NCBI GenBank assembly: GCA_963785725.1
Contig: CAWAWS010000020.1
Location: 96,001 to 160,000 of the forward strand
DNA from: an uncultured delta proteobacterium
GTDB taxonomy: Bacteria; Myxococcota_A; Polyangia; Palsa-1104
Reading direction: 5' to 3'
DNA: 64,000 nt
Positions 37,415 through 48,064 of the stretch are shown here, in pieces. Both the position numbers and the translations under genes were made by a program. The notes beneath the pieces were generated by a model. That model had not been told where the DNA came from and made no database searches. It was given only the letters and a program-made list of their open reading frames with translations. Within the stretch, counting starts at the first letter, position 1. The number at the start of each line of letters is the position of its first letter.

Positions 37415-40400
37415 GTGGGCTCTTTCCGCGAGATGCCGGTGCCGTCCCGCTTCCGCGTGCTGTCGCGGCTCGGCCGCGGTGCGCAGGGCGCCGTGTACGA
37501 GGCGATCGACCTGACGTCGAACGTGCGCGTGGCGCTCAAGACGATCACGATTACGCGGCCGGAGCAGATCGTCCGCTTCAAGAGCGAGTTCCGCGCCATC
37601 CGCGATCTGCGCCATCCCAACCTCGTCAAGCTGGGCGAGCTGGCGGAGGAGAACGGCCACTGGTTCTTCACGATGGAGATCGTCGACGGCGTCGACTTCA
37701 TCGCCTGGATTCGCGGCGCGCAGGCGCCGCCGTCGGCCGATGCCAGCACGCTGCCGACGGCGGTGACGGGCAAGCCGACCGTCGACGCCGACACGCGCGT
37801 CGAGGCGTCGCGCGTCTCGACCGCCGAAGCGACGGCCGTCACCGCGCCCGCCGCGAGCGCGGAGGCCGTCGCCGAGCCGGTCGTGTCCCGCGCGCCGCTG
37901 TTCGACGAGGCGCGGCTGCGCGCCGGGCTCGGCAGCCTCATCGGCGCGCTCGCCGCCATCCATCGCGCCGGTAAAGTCCATCGCGATCTGAAGCCGTCGA
38001 ACGTGCTGGTGGCGGCCAACGGGCGGCTGGTGCTCATCGACTTCGGCGTCGTCGCCGAGCTCGGCGATCAGACGTCCGACGACGGCCTCGTCATCGGCAC
38101 CAGCGCGTACATGGCGCCCGAGCAGGCGCGCGCCGAGACCATCGGCCCCGCCGCCGATTGGTACGCGCTCGGCGCCCTCTTGTTCGAGGCGTTGACCGGA
38201 CGCCCGCCCTTCATCGGCAAGGCCAGCGACATCATCCGCGCCAAGTGCGGCGTCGAGGCGCCTTCGCCGTCGGTGTACGTCGACGGCGTGCCGGCCGATC
38301 TGGACGCGTTGTGCCGCCGCCTGTTGGCGCGTGACCCGGCGGCGCGGCCGAGCGACGACGAGCTGGCGGCGGCCTTCGGCGATCCGGCGGCCGCGGCAGC
38401 GCCGGCGCAAGCGGCGTTCGTCGGCCGCGCGGCCGAGCAGGCGCAGCTGGAGGCGGCGTTCGACGACACGCGCGCCGGCCGCGCCCGCGTCGTCGTCATC
38501 GAAGGCCCGTCGGGCGTCGGCAAGAGTGAGCTGGTCGCCCGCTTCGTCAGCGAGCTCGGGCGTCGCCAGCCGAAGCTGCTCCTCTTGCGCAGCCGCTGCC
38601 ACGAGCAAGAGCGCCTGCCTTACAACGCGCTCGACGGCATCGTCGACGGCTTGGCGCGCTTCTTGGCGACGCGGCGCCTCGGCAAGCTGCAGGCCTATTT
38701 GCCGACGGGGATCGAGCAGCTGGCGCGCCTCTTTCCCGTGCTCGAGATCGTCGCGCCCATCGAGGAGGCGGTGTACGCCGCGCGCGGGCGCCAGGCGCCG
38801 CCCGAGCGCGCCGCGGCCTTTGCCGCGCTCGCCGAGCTGCTGGCGCGGCTGGCGAGCCGGCGCCCGGTCGTCCTCGTCGTCGACGACGTGCAGTGGGCCG
38901 ACGCCGACAGCCTGACGCTCTTGACCGAGCTGTTGCGGCCGCCGAGCGCCCCGCCGCTCTTCTTCATCGCCACGGCGCGGCCCGCGTCCGACGGCACGCC
39001 GTTGGCGGCGCTGGCCGCGGTCACATCGATCGGGGCCGACGCCACGCACCTGCCGCTCGGCGGCCTCGCCGGCGATGACGCCGCGACGCTGCTCGAGCGA
39101 CTGCTGGCGCAACACGGCGCGCCGCCCGACCTCGATCGCGCCGCGATCTTGGCCGAAGCCGAGGGCCACCCGCTCTTCCTCGACGAGCTCGTGCGCCACC
39201 TCGCGCACGCGCCGGCCGCGACAGGCGCGCGCACGCTCAACGACGTCATCTCGGCGCGCGTCAGCGTGCTGCCGCTGGCCGCGCGCACGCTGTTGTCGGT
39301 CGTCGCCGTCGCCGGCGTGCCGGTGGCGCAGAGCGTCGCCGCGCGCGTCGCCGAGCTCGAGCCGTCCGAGTATCTGACGCAGCTCGAGACCTTGCGCGCC
39401 GGTCAGCTGGTGCGCGTGGCCGGCGTGCGGCTCGAAGACACGATCGAGCCCTATCACGATCGCGTGCGCGAGACGGTCTACGAGCGGCTGCACGCAGGCG
39501 AGCGCGTTCGCCTGCATCGCAAGCTCGGCCTCCTGCTCGAAGAGGCCGGCGCCGGCGCCGACCTCCTGTTCAGCCACTTCGAGAAGGCGGGCGAGCGCGT
39601 GGCCGCCGCGCGCCACGCCGAGACGGCAGCAGCGGCGGCGGCGCGCGCGCTGGCCTTCGATCGCGCGGCCGAGCTCTACGATCACGCGCTCGTCCTCGGC
39701 CGCCACAGCGACGCCGATCGCGGGCGCCTCTTGGCTGCGCTCGGTGACGCGCTCACCAACGCCGGCCGCCCGCAAGAGGCCGCCGCCGCGTTCTTGGATT
39801 CGGCGACGACGCCGGGCCGCTCGCGCGACGAGCTGCTCGAGCTGCATCGCCGCGCCGCCGAGCAGTTGTTGATGGGCGGCCACTTGGAGGCCGGCCTCGA
39901 CGCGACGCGCGCGCTCTTGGCCGCGCTCAATCTGCCGTTTCCCGAAGGCACCGCCGGCGCGCTGGCCAAGCTGGCCTGGCGTCAAGCGCGCCTGACTGTG
40001 CGTCCGCTGCGCTGGCCCAAGCGCCCGGCCGACGCGCTGCCCGCCGACACCCGCCGCCTGCTCGACGTCTATTGGTCGGTGTCGGCCGGCCTCGGCCTCG
40101 TCGACAGCGTGCGCGGCATGCTGTTCGCGCTCGGCGGCGCGCTGGCCTCGCTCGACTACGGCGACGAAGCGCGCATCGCCCGCGCGCTGTCGACGGCGGC
40201 GATCGCCGAAGCCGGCCTCGGCAGCCGCCGTCGCGCCACGCGCCTGGCCGACGCCGCCGCGCGCGCCGCCGACTCCGACGGCAGCGATCGCGCGCGCTTT
40301 TATGGCGCCATGGCGCGCCAAGGCTGCGCCTTCCTCATCGACAACGACTGGCGCCGCGTCCTACAGCTCGGCGACGAGGCGGCCCGCTTGTGGCGCGCCT

Positions 40401-41227
40401 CGGGCCACGTCGCCGCCGGCTTCGAGTGGGACGCCAGCGAGCAATTCAACTGCTGGGCGCTCGACAACCTGGGCCGTCTACGCGACGTCTGCGAGCGCGT
40501 CCCCTTGCGCATTCGCTCGGCCCAGCGCGCCGGCAACCGCTTCATGGAGGTGGCCTTTCGCAGCTTCTTCGCCAACGTCCACTTGACCGTCGACGACGCC
40601 GCCGAAGCGCGCCGCGACGTCCGCGACGCCATCGCCGCCTGGCTGCCCGGCCGCGACGACTTCGGCAACCAACATTATCTTGCACTGCGCAGCCTCACCT
40701 ATATCGCGCTCTACGACGGCAGCGTCGACGCGGTGGCCGCCGAGCTGACGCCGAAGTGGCAGCGGTTCTACGGCTCGCTCATGCGTCACGTGCTGCTCTT
40801 GCGTCAGGATGGTCGCATGCTGACGGCGCAGCTGGCCTTGGCGCGCGCCGTCGCCGCCAAGCAGCGCGGCGACGCGACGGCGGCGACGGCGCTGGCGCGG
40901 ACGGCGCGGCACGACGCGGCGGCCTTGGCGCGCGTGCGCTTGCCGATGGCGCAAGCGGCGCTGCCGCGCGTGCTCGCCGGAATTGCCGCGCTCGCCGGCG
41001 ACGACGCGGCGGCCGTCGCGCAGCTGCGCACGGCGCTCGCACGCGCCGAGGCCGCCGGCGCCGCGCTCTATGCCGCGGCCGTGCGTCGCCGGCTGGGCGC
41101 GCTCGTCGGCGGCAGCGAAGGCGCCGCCCTCGTCATGGCCGGCGACGCGTATCTGGCCGGCGAAGGCGTGCGCAATCCGGCGCGCATGACCGCCGCGCTC
41201 ATGCCCGGCTGGCCGCATCCCGGCTAA
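37415..41227 (+). CDS. Ser/Thr protein kinase - AAA/STAND ATPase - helical repeat protein
   Basis: LGRGAQG, HRDLKPSN, DFG, YMAPE; GPSGVGKS, VVDDVQWAD, GHPLFL. Confidence 0.93.
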   Translation: MGSFREMPVPSRFRVLSRLGRGAQGAVYEAIDLTSNVRVALKTITITRPEQIVRFKSEFRAIRDLRHPNLVKLGELAEENGHWFFTMEIVDGVDFIAWIRGAQAPPSADASTLPTAVTGKPTVDADTRVEASRVSTAEATAVTAPAASAEAVAEPVVSRAPLFDEARLRAGLGSLIGALAAIHRAGKVHRDLKPSNVLVAANGRLVLIDFGVVAELGDQTSDDGLVIGTSAYMAPEQARAETIGPAADWYALGALLFEALTGRPPFIGKASDIIRAKCGVEAPSPSVYVDGVPADLDALCRRLLARDPAARPSDDELAAAFGDPAAAAAPAQAAFVGRAAEQAQLEAAFDDTRAGRARVVVIEGPSGVGKSELVARFVSELGRRQPKLLLLRSRCHEQERLPYNALDGIVDGLARFLATRRLGKLQAYLPTGIEQLARLFPVLEIVAPIEEAVYAARGRQAPPERAAAFAALAELLARLASRRPVVLVVDDVQWADADSLTLLTELLRPPSAPPLFFIATARPASDGTPLAALAAVTSIGADATHLPLGGLAGDDAATLLERLLAQHGAPPDLDRAAILAEAEGHPLFLDELVRHLAHAPAATGARTLNDVISARVSVLPLAARTLLSVVAVAGVPVAQSVAARVAELEPSEYLTQLETLRAGQLVRVAGVRLEDTIEPYHDRVRETVYERLHAGERVRLHRKLGLLLEEAGAGADLLFSHFEKAGERVAAARHAETAAAAAARALAFDRAAELYDHALVLGRHSDADRGRLLAALGDALTNAGRPQEAAAAFLDSATTPGRSRDELLELHRRAAEQLLMGGHLEAGLDATRALLAALNLPFPEGTAGALAKLAWRQARLTVRPLRWPKRPADALPADTRRLLDVYWSVSAGLGLVDSVRGMLFALGGALASLDYGDEARIARALSTAAIAEAGLGSRRRATRLADAAARAADSDGSDRARFYGAMARQGCAFLIDNDWRRVLQLGDEAARLWRASGHVAAGFEWDASEQFNCWALDNLGRLRDVCERVPLRIRSAQRAGNRFMEVAFRSFFANVHLTVDDAAEARRDVRDAIAAWLPGRDDFGNQHYLALRSLTYIALYDGSVDAVAAELTPKWQRFYGSLMRHVLLLRQDGRMLTAQLALARAVAAKQRGDATAATALARTARHDAAALARVRLPMAQAALPRVLAGIAALAGDDAAAVAQLRTALARAEAAGAALYAAAVRRRLGALVGGSEGAALVMAGDAYLAGEGVRNPARMTAALMPGWPHPG

Positions 41228-41476
41228 GCCGCGCCCGCAGATCGGCCGGCCGAACCCGCACAATGCCGGCGAGCCGCCTCGCGTTCACGCGCTGCCGACG
41301 TATGCCGCGATACGCCCACGAGCGCGCAATTTCGGCCGCGACGACTGCAAACGATTGGTTGCCACCGACGAGCCGGCTACCGTTTCCGCCGTAAGTCGCC
41401 GCCGCGCGCGCCGCTCGACTGCGGACGATCGTGGGCGCGGTTGACCGAGGACGCCGGCAACTCCAGAACTCACCCG

Positions 41477-41815
41477 ATGCGTAAACTCTTGAGCCTGCTC
41501 GTGCTGGCGACGCTCGGCTGTGCGCACGCGCCGCCGCCGCCCGTCCACGTCGACAAGTCCTACGACACGCCGGAGCTGACGGTGAATCCGCCGCCGCCCA
41601 CGCTCTATCGCTACGTCGGCCGCGTGCGGGGCGTGGCGCGCACGACCGATCTCGTCGCCGCCGCGCGCGCCGCGCAGGACGACCTGCGCTGGAAGGCGCA
41701 CGCGCTCGGCGCCGACGTCGTGCACATCGATTATGTCGCCGTGCCGCCCGAGCATGCGCGACCGATGCGGCGCGTGCTCTTGTCCGGTCGCGCGTACAAG
41801 GCGATTCACCAATAG
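41477..41815 (+). CDS. Small lipoprotein
   Basis: TLGC lipobox; LRWKAHALGADVV..LSGRAY (YbjQ/RcsF-like pattern). Confidence 0.75.
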   Translation: MRKLLSLLVLATLGCAHAPPPPVHVDKSYDTPELTVNPPPPTLYRYVGRVRGVARTTDLVAAARAAQDDLRWKAHALGADVVHIDYVAVPPEHARPMRRVLLSGRAYKAIHQ

Positions 41816-41864
41816 CTGCGAAAGCATTTGCGCCGCTGCCTTCTCAATGGGACGGTTAGCGCAC

Positions 41865-42395
41865 ATGACGGCGACGACGACGACGAGCGGCGTGCCGCGA
41901 CTGCCCGACGAGATCCGCCGCGAGATCGAGCACGGCGCCAAAGGCGGACGCATGACGCCGTGGCTGCTCGCGTCGCTGGCGCTGGTGGCGGCGCTCGTCG
42001 GCGCGCGGCGCCTCGCCGGCGGTCACCTGGGCGGCGTCGACGTCGCGGCCGCGCTCGTCATCGGCGGCGGTCCGCTCTTCGCCGGCTGGAAGAGCCGGCA
42101 GCGCGCGCACTATCTGGCGACGCTGACGACGCCCGAAGAATTCCTCGACTACTACCGCGCGCAGAAGCAAGAAGAGGCGCGCGATGCTCAGCGGCTGTTG
42201 TGGCTGCTGCTGTTGCCGCTCGTCTTGTTCGTGCTGCCGATCCTGTTCATGCTGCGTCGGCTCGGACAGCTGCCGCTCGACGCGCGTCTGGTGGCGGCGG
42301 CGCTCGTCGTCATCGTCGCGCTCGTGGCCTGGCTCGTGCGCCGCATTCGCCACGCGCGGCGCGCCTTGGCCGCGCTGACGACGCGCTCGACTTAG
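41865..42395 (+). CDS. Hypothetical membrane protein (4 TM)
   Basis: Four hydrophobic segments. Confidence 0.65.
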   Translation: MTATTTTSGVPRLPDEIRREIEHGAKGGRMTPWLLASLALVAALVGARRLAGGHLGGVDVAAALVIGGGPLFAGWKSRQRAHYLATLTTPEEFLDYYRAQKQEEARDAQRLLWLLLLPLVLFVLPILFMLRRLGQLPLDARLVAAALVVIVALVAWLVRRIRHARRALAALTTRST

Positions 42396-42409
42396 TGTAG
42401 GAGCCCGAC

Positions 42410-42769
42410 ATGGCGATCGATCCTCGCGGCCACGACCTGAAGCGCTATCTCGCAGACGACGACGGCGGTCCGGTCGTCATGCTCAACCTCTTGCGCTTCG
42501 CCGACGGCGGGCGCGCGCGCTATCGCGAATACGCGGCCGCGGTCGCGCCCTTCTTGGCGCGCGCCGGCGGCGAGCTCGTCTACGCCGGCGACGGCTCGAC
42601 CGCGCTCGTCGCCGAGGACGGCCAAGCCTGGGACGCCGTCTTGCTCGTGCGCTACCCGAGCCGCGCCGCGTTCACGACGATGGTGGCCGATCCCGAATAC
42701 CAGCGCATCACGCACCTGCGCACGCAGGCGCTCCAAGAAGCGGTGCTGCAAGCGACGACGCCGTGGTGA
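42410..42769 (+). CDS. DUF1330-family protein
   Basis: PVVMLNLLRF, WDAVLLVRYPSRAAF, PEYQ..R; AGGAG RBS. Confidence 0.9.
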   Translation: MAIDPRGHDLKRYLADDDGGPVVMLNLLRFADGGRARYREYAAAVAPFLARAGGELVYAGDGSTALVAEDGQAWDAVLLVRYPSRAAFTTMVADPEYQRITHLRTQALQEAVLQATTPW

Positions 42770-42786
42770 GGCGCGCCGGCTGACGA

Positions 42787-43749
42787 TTACGGCCGCGCGC
42801 GCCCGACGAGGAGCAGCGAGCCGACGGCGACGACGACGATCAGCGCCAACAGCGCCCACGACCAGGGATGGCCAAAGTTGAGCGTGTAGCCGATGCCGAA
42901 CCGCTTCTCCACCAGCAGCGCCGGATCCTCGCGGTCGACGTAAATGAGGCCCCACTTCCACTGAGCGTCCCGCGTGCGATCGGAGACCGGCCCGTCGGGC
43001 TCGGCAGCGGGCGCGGCGCGACGCGAGCCGCCTTGGCCGAGCCGCGCCAGCGCGACGATGACGCCGATCATCGCCAGCGGCTGCACGACCGGAAGCCAGC
43101 GCACGCGACCGAAGACCGCGATCGTCGCCACGGTCGCCGCCACCAGATACTCCGTGAGCACGAAGATGACGAGGCTCAGCCGGCGGAAGTCACCCTCGGC
43201 GGCGCCGGCGTCACCGCGCGTCGTCAACCGCCGCGACGAACGCTGCAGCGCGACCGCGAACGCCAACATCATCGCGCACGTCACGGCGGCGAGCGCGATC
43301 CGCGCGTACGGCATTCGCGCGCCACCGCGCACCGCGGCGACGGCGAGCAGCGCGAAGGGGCCGAGCTGCACGACCACGCCGCCGGGCAGCCGGCGCGAAC
43401 GCGGCGCCAGCGACGCCTCGCGCACCGTCGACGGCGCCACCGCATGCGGCAGCACGCGCCGGCGCGCCTCGCGGAACGCCAGCAGCGCTGCCGTCAGCAG
43501 CGCCGCCTGGCTCGCCATCAGGCCCAGAAGGTGCGCGCCGCCGACGGTGACGATGCCGAGCGCGACGGCCGCGCCCAGCCACAGCTCGAAGCGATAGCCG
43601 GCGACGATCTGCCGCCCTTCGTCGCTGCGCGGAAACGACGGCGCCACCGTCACCGCGAAGAACAGCTCCGGTCGCGTCAGCCGCGGCAAGACATGCAGCG
43701 TCAGCGCCGTCAACAACATCACGACATAGGGCTGCCACTGCGTCATCAT
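42787..43749 (-). CDS. DUF5808/DUF1648-type membrane protein
   Basis: FFAVTV, WKWGLIYVDREDPALLVEKRFGIGYTLNFG. Confidence 0.85.
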   Translation of the reverse strand: MMTQWQPYVVMLLTALTLHVLPRLTRPELFFAVTVAPSFPRSDEGRQIVAGYRFELWLGAAVALGIVTVGGAHLLGLMASQAALLTAALLAFREARRRVLPHAVAPSTVREASLAPRSRRLPGGVVVQLGPFALLAVAAVRGGARMPYARIALAAVTCAMMLAFAVALQRSSRRLTTRGDAGAAEGDFRRLSLVIFVLTEYLVAATVATIAVFGRVRWLPVVQPLAMIGVIVALARLGQGGSRRAAPAAEPDGPVSDRTRDAQWKWGLIYVDREDPALLVEKRFGIGYTLNFGHPWSWALLALIVVVAVGSLLLVGRARP

Positions 43750-45050
43750 CGGCCACCTCCTGCGGCGACGAACGCGGCGATGTCGGCGATGACCTCGGGC
43801 GCGACATGCCCCGCCTTTTGGTAGTCCGCGACGGTGCCTTCGCCGACGGTGAACAGGTGCGTCAGTGTCGGGTAGCGCTTCAGCCGCGCGTGCGGCCGGG
43901 CGCCGAGCGCGCGCTGCCAGCCGGCGAAGTCGGCCGGGCGCACCTGAATGTCGCGATCGCCTTGCAAGACCAAGATAGGCACGTCGAGCTGCGCCGCCCG
44001 CTGCGCCGGAGCATAGCCGCGCAAGTCGAGGAAGTAGCTCGCCGGGACCTTGACGCCCACGAAGTCGACGACGTCGGTCGGCTGGAGCTTGGTATCGCGA
44101 ATGCGCGCGAGCGACGCCTTGGCCGCCTTGACGTCGTCGGGTGTGCCGCGCGCCGTCATCTGCTCGAGGACGATTTCCTCCAGCGGCCGCGTCGCGCCCG
44201 CCAAGATGACGAGGCCGGCGACGCGCGGATCGTGCTCGGCGATGCGCGGCGCCAGCATGCCGCCCAAGCTGTGACCGAGCACGAAGATGCGCCGCCCATC
44301 GATCTTGTCGGTCTTGGCCAACAGCGCCACCGCGGCGCGCGCGTCGTCGATCGTCTCGTCGCGCACGGTAAAGCCGGCGGGCGACTGCGGATAGGCGAAC
44401 GTCCGCTTCTGGTAGCGCAAGACGGCGATGCCGCGCGACGCCAGCCCGACCGCGAGATCGTGGAACGGCGCGTTGGGCCCGACGGTCTCGTTCTCGTCGT
44501 GCGGCCCCGAGCCGTGCACGAGCACGACGGCGGCGAACGGCCCGGCGCCGCGCGGCAGCGTCAGCTTGCCCTCGAGCACGAACGGCGCCGCGCCGACGCT
44601 GACGTCGCGCTCGTCGAAGCGCTCGGGCGCGGCATACGCCGGCGGCGACCAGGCCGCGTCCGTCAGCTGCGGCGGCGGCAAGAAGAGGTGGGCCACCTGC
44701 CCGGCGCCGTCGAAGGCCACGCGCACATCGAGCGTGCCGCGCGCGAACGCGCAGTGCAGCACGGTCATCGGCAGCCCGTCCGGCATCGCCACCGACTCCG
44801 CCGACGTCACGCGCTGGAAGTCGCCGAGCGGACCGGTCAGCTGCTGCCACGCCGTCGCCAGCACGTCGGGGCTGGGCACGGCCGTCTTCATCCGCGGCGT
44901 CAGCTGCGCGTAGAGCGTCGCGAAGTCGTGCGCCACGAGCTGCGCCAACACCTGGCGCGCCGGGCTGTCCGACTCCGCCGCGGGCGCGTCCAGCGCCGCC
45001 AACGCGCACCCAACCCCGATCGCCCACGACAAGGCCCGTAGCGTTCTCAT
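43746..45050 (-). CDS. Secreted alpha/beta hydrolase with DUF3887-like N-terminal domain
   Basis: HGSGP, GHSLG nucleophile, QGDRDIQV, HLF. Confidence 0.9.
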   Translation of the reverse strand: MRTLRALSWAIGVGCALAALDAPAAESDSPARQVLAQLVAHDFATLYAQLTPRMKTAVPSPDVLATAWQQLTGPLGDFQRVTSAESVAMPDGLPMTVLHCAFARGTLDVRVAFDGAGQVAHLFLPPPQLTDAAWSPPAYAAPERFDERDVSVGAAPFVLEGKLTLPRGAGPFAAVVLVHGSGPHDENETVGPNAPFHDLAVGLASRGIAVLRYQKRTFAYPQSPAGFTVRDETIDDARAAVALLAKTDKIDGRRIFVLGHSLGGMLAPRIAEHDPRVAGLVILAGATRPLEEIVLEQMTARGTPDDVKAAKASLARIRDTKLQPTDVVDFVGVKVPASYFLDLRGYAPAQRAAQLDVPILVLQGDRDIQVRPADFAGWQRALGARPHARLKRYPTLTHLFTVGEGTVADYQKAGHVAPEVIADIAAFVAAGGGR

Positions 45051-45442
45051 CGTTTCTCCTTGCTCAGCGCCGCCGCCAATTGGCGCAGCTCTGCGATCAG
45101 CCCCTCTTCGCCGAAGCCGTTGGTGCGCGCTTCGGCCACGAGCTCGGCCAGCCGGCGGCGGAAATCGGCCGCGGCGTCGGGCGCCGCCCGCGGCCGTTCG
45201 CGCTCGAGCACGGTGACGCCGCGCCGCCGCTTCAAGTCGAGCCAGCCTTCGTCGCACAACAGGCGATAGGCCTCGGCGACGGTGTTGTGATGCACGCCGA
45301 GATCGAGCGCCAGCTCGCGCACCGTCGGCAGCTGATCGCCCGGCTGGAATTGGCCGGCGACCAGCTGCGCCCGCAGCGCGTTGGCGATCTGCCGATACGC
45401 GGGAACGGACGAGCCGACATCGATGCGCATCACCCGGTTCAT
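45047..45442 (-). CDS. GntR-family (YtrA-type) regulator; start may be 45430
   Basis: PAYRQI..LPTVRELA..HNTVAEAY..RRRG; short length. Confidence 0.92.
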   Translation of the reverse strand: MNRVMRIDVGSSVPAYRQIANALRAQLVAGQFQPGDQLPTVRELALDLGVHHNTVAEAYRLLCDEGWLDLKRRRGVTVLERERPRAAPDAAADFRRRLAELVAEARTNGFGEEGLIAELRQLAAALSKEKR

Positions 45443-45468
45443 TGTCTGTTGTACACAGACAATGTACA
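45440..45468. promoter_or_regulatory. GntR/YtrA operator-like palindrome
   Basis: CATTGTCTGT-N5-ACAGACAATG perfect 10-bp IR overlapping TGTACA-N7-TGTACA. Confidence 0.75.
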
Positions 45469-45581
45469 TGACCGGGCCGCCTGTCAAGCGCAGCGCGAAA
45501 AATGGCCGATCGACGTCACCACGCGCGTGCCCGGCCGCACACCAGGGACGCGCGATCGCCACGACTTGCGCTGGTTTGCGG

Positions 45582-46658
45582 TTAACGCTGCTCGTCGAGC
45601 GCTTGCGCCAACCGCTGCAGGCCGCCTTGCAGCACCGGCGTTTTGACGCCGAGGCCGAGGCGGAAGTGCGCCGGCGCGTCGAAGAAGCGGCCGGGCACGA
45701 CGCCACCGCCGAGCGCGCGCAGACGCGTGCACAAGCGCTCGACCTCGCCGCGCACGAGCCGCGGGAAGACGATGGTGCCGTGACGCGGCCGCGTGACCGC
45801 CACGTCGTCGCGGCTCGCGAAGAATTCGTCGACGAGCGCGCGGTGCGCGTCGAGCTGCGCGCGCGCTTCGGCGCGCAACGCCGGCAGCCGCGGCAGCGCC
45901 CGCGCCGACAGCTGCAAGCCGACGAACGGCGTGTGATTCGCGAACAGGTCGTCGAGCCGCCAGATTCGCCGCGCCAACGACGGCTCGGCCAGGATCCAGC
46001 CGCAGCGCAAGCCGCTCAAGCCGTAGACCTTCGTCAGGCTGTTGGTGACGACGAACGTCGGGCCCAAATGCAGCGCCGGCCGCGACGGCTCGTCGAAGAC
46101 GGCGTCCAAATAGGCCTCGTCGACGAGCACGCGCGCGCCCACCGAACGCGCCAATTCGCCCAGCTTCGTCAGCGTCGCTTCGTCGATGTAGGCGCCGCTC
46201 GGGTTGTGCAGATTGGTGACGACGATGAGCTTCGTGCGCGCGGTCAGCGCCTGCGCGACCGCTTCCGGCTCGACGGCATAATCATGCTCGGCCCGTCGAA
46301 CGAACCGCTTGACGTCGGCGCCGAGATAGCGCGCCAGCATGACGAGCGGCTCGTAAGCCGGCTGCTCGATGAGCACTTCGTCGCCGGGCTGCAGAAGCGT
46401 CGCCATCGCCAGGTGGTTCGCCATCGTCGTGCCCATGGCCGTGACGACGCTGTCGCGATCGACGCCGTAATAGTCGGCCAGGCCGTGCACGAGCGGCGGA
46501 TAGCCGTAGCCGCCGGCCGAGCCCGACAGCTGGAGCGTCGACAGATCGACGTGCAGGTCGGCCATGTCGCGGCTGAACATGCCGCTCGCCGTCAGCGCGA
46601 ACGGTAGGATCGGCTGCAGCTTCGCCCACTCGAGGTATTCGGTCGCCAGCGTGCGCAT
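45582..46658 (-). CDS. PLP-dependent aminotransferase class I/II
   Basis: NLHNPSG, VDEAY, SLTKVYGLSGLRCGW; ATG overlaps the permease stop. Confidence 0.9.
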   Translation of the reverse strand: MRTLATEYLEWAKLQPILPFALTASGMFSRDMADLHVDLSTLQLSGSAGGYGYPPLVHGLADYYGVDRDSVVTAMGTTMANHLAMATLLQPGDEVLIEQPAYEPLVMLARYLGADVKRFVRRAEHDYAVEPEAVAQALTARTKLIVVTNLHNPSGAYIDEATLTKLGELARSVGARVLVDEAYLDAVFDEPSRPALHLGPTFVVTNSLTKVYGLSGLRCGWILAEPSLARRIWRLDDLFANHTPFVGLQLSARALPRLPALRAEARAQLDAHRALVDEFFASRDDVAVTRPRHGTIVFPRLVRGEVERLCTRLRALGGGVVPGRFFDAPAHFRLGLGVKTPVLQGGLQRLAQALDEQR

Positions 46659-48011
46659 CAGCCGATGCTCGCGGAAGATCGGCGGCGCCACAAGAGGTAC
46701 ACGGGCAGGCCGGCGAGCACGAGGCCGAGGCCGATGAAGCTCTGGCGCGGATGGCTCACGAACGTCGCCACGACGACGCCCCACGACACGGCGATGAAGA
46801 CGAGCGTCGTCAGCGGATGGCCGGGCGCGACATAGCCGGGCACCACCGAATCGCGACGGCGAAAGCGAAACAGCGCCAGCGCCGTCAAGCCGAAGAAGAT
46901 GAAATCGATGGAGACGACGTAGCTCAAGATGCCGTCGTAATGGCCCCATAGCGCGATGAGGGTGGCGAGCGCGCCTTGCAAGACGATGGCGGCGACGGGG
47001 ACGTGCGTGCGACGGTCGAGCTTGCCGACGGCGGCGAAGAAGAGCCCGTCGTTGGCCATGGCGTAGTAGACGCGCGGCGCGGTCAGAGATCGATTGGCTG
47101 AGGAAGCCGAGCGTCGACAGCGAGACGGCGGCGGCCAGGAACTGCGCGCCGCGGGCGCCGAAGGCGCGGCGCATGACGTCGAGCGCCGGCGCCGTCGCGC
47201 GACCGAGGCCGGCCGGACCGAGGACGCGCACGCACACGAACGCGACCAGCACGTAGAGCGCGATGACGCCGGCGACGCCGAGCAGCATGGCGCGCGGCAG
47301 ATTGCGCGCCGGGTCCTTGATCTCGCCGGCGACGAAGCCCGCCGTCTGCCAGCCGCCGTACGAAAACAGCACGGGGATCAAGGCCGCGCCCATCGCGCCG
47401 ACGAGCGCGAGCGTTCCCTCGGGCGGCGGCACCAGCGACGGCGCGCTGTCAGCGGAGGGTCCGCCGGCGAGCCACAGCCCGCCGACGACGAGCGCGAGCA
47501 CGGCGCCGATCTTGAGCAGCATCAGCACCGACTGCAGCCCGCTGCCGGCGCGCACGCCGACGCAGTTGACCGCCGTCAACGTCGCCAGCGCCAACGTGCC
47601 GAGCGCGCGATCGTTGGCCAGGACCTGCGGCGCCGTCGGCCACAGCTCGAGCGCGTAACGCGCGAACGTCACCGCGCTCGCCGCCATGCCGCCGGTCTGA
47701 ATGACGAGGAGCAGCGCCCAGCCGTACAAGAACGCGACCGCCGGATGATACGCGTCGCGCAGGTAGGCATATTGCCCGCCCACCTGCGGGCGGCGCGCGG
47801 CCAGCTCGGCGTAGACGAACGCGCCCGTCAGCGCCGCGACGCCGCCGATGAGCCACGCGGCCAAGATGAGCGCGGTCGTGCCGACGCTGCGCGCCACCGT
47901 CGCCGGCGTGACGAAGATGCCGGAACCGACGATGCCGCCCATGACGATCATGGTCGCGTCGAAGGGCCCGAGCCGCCGCTGCAAGCTGTCGCGATTGTCG
48001 TCGGAAGACAT
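46658..48011 (-). pseudogene. APC-family amino acid permease with a +1 frameshift at about 47087
   Basis: GGIVGSGIF, YAEL, FSYGGW; removing base 47087 restores SQSI-LTAPRVYYAMANDGLF. Confidence 0.85.
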
Positions 48012-48064
48012 GGAACGCCGGCATCATAGCCGCGTCGCGCGCGAACGAATGCTGCGTAGTCGCG

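Noticed and set aside
42787..45027. 746-aa ORF
   Set aside because: The upstream part is an alternative frame of the hydrolase gene; the real start is 43749
45582..48011. Genuine permease-aminotransferase fusion protein
   Set aside because: The joining segment is off-frame sequence, and the true permease C-terminus lies in another frame (46658-47086)
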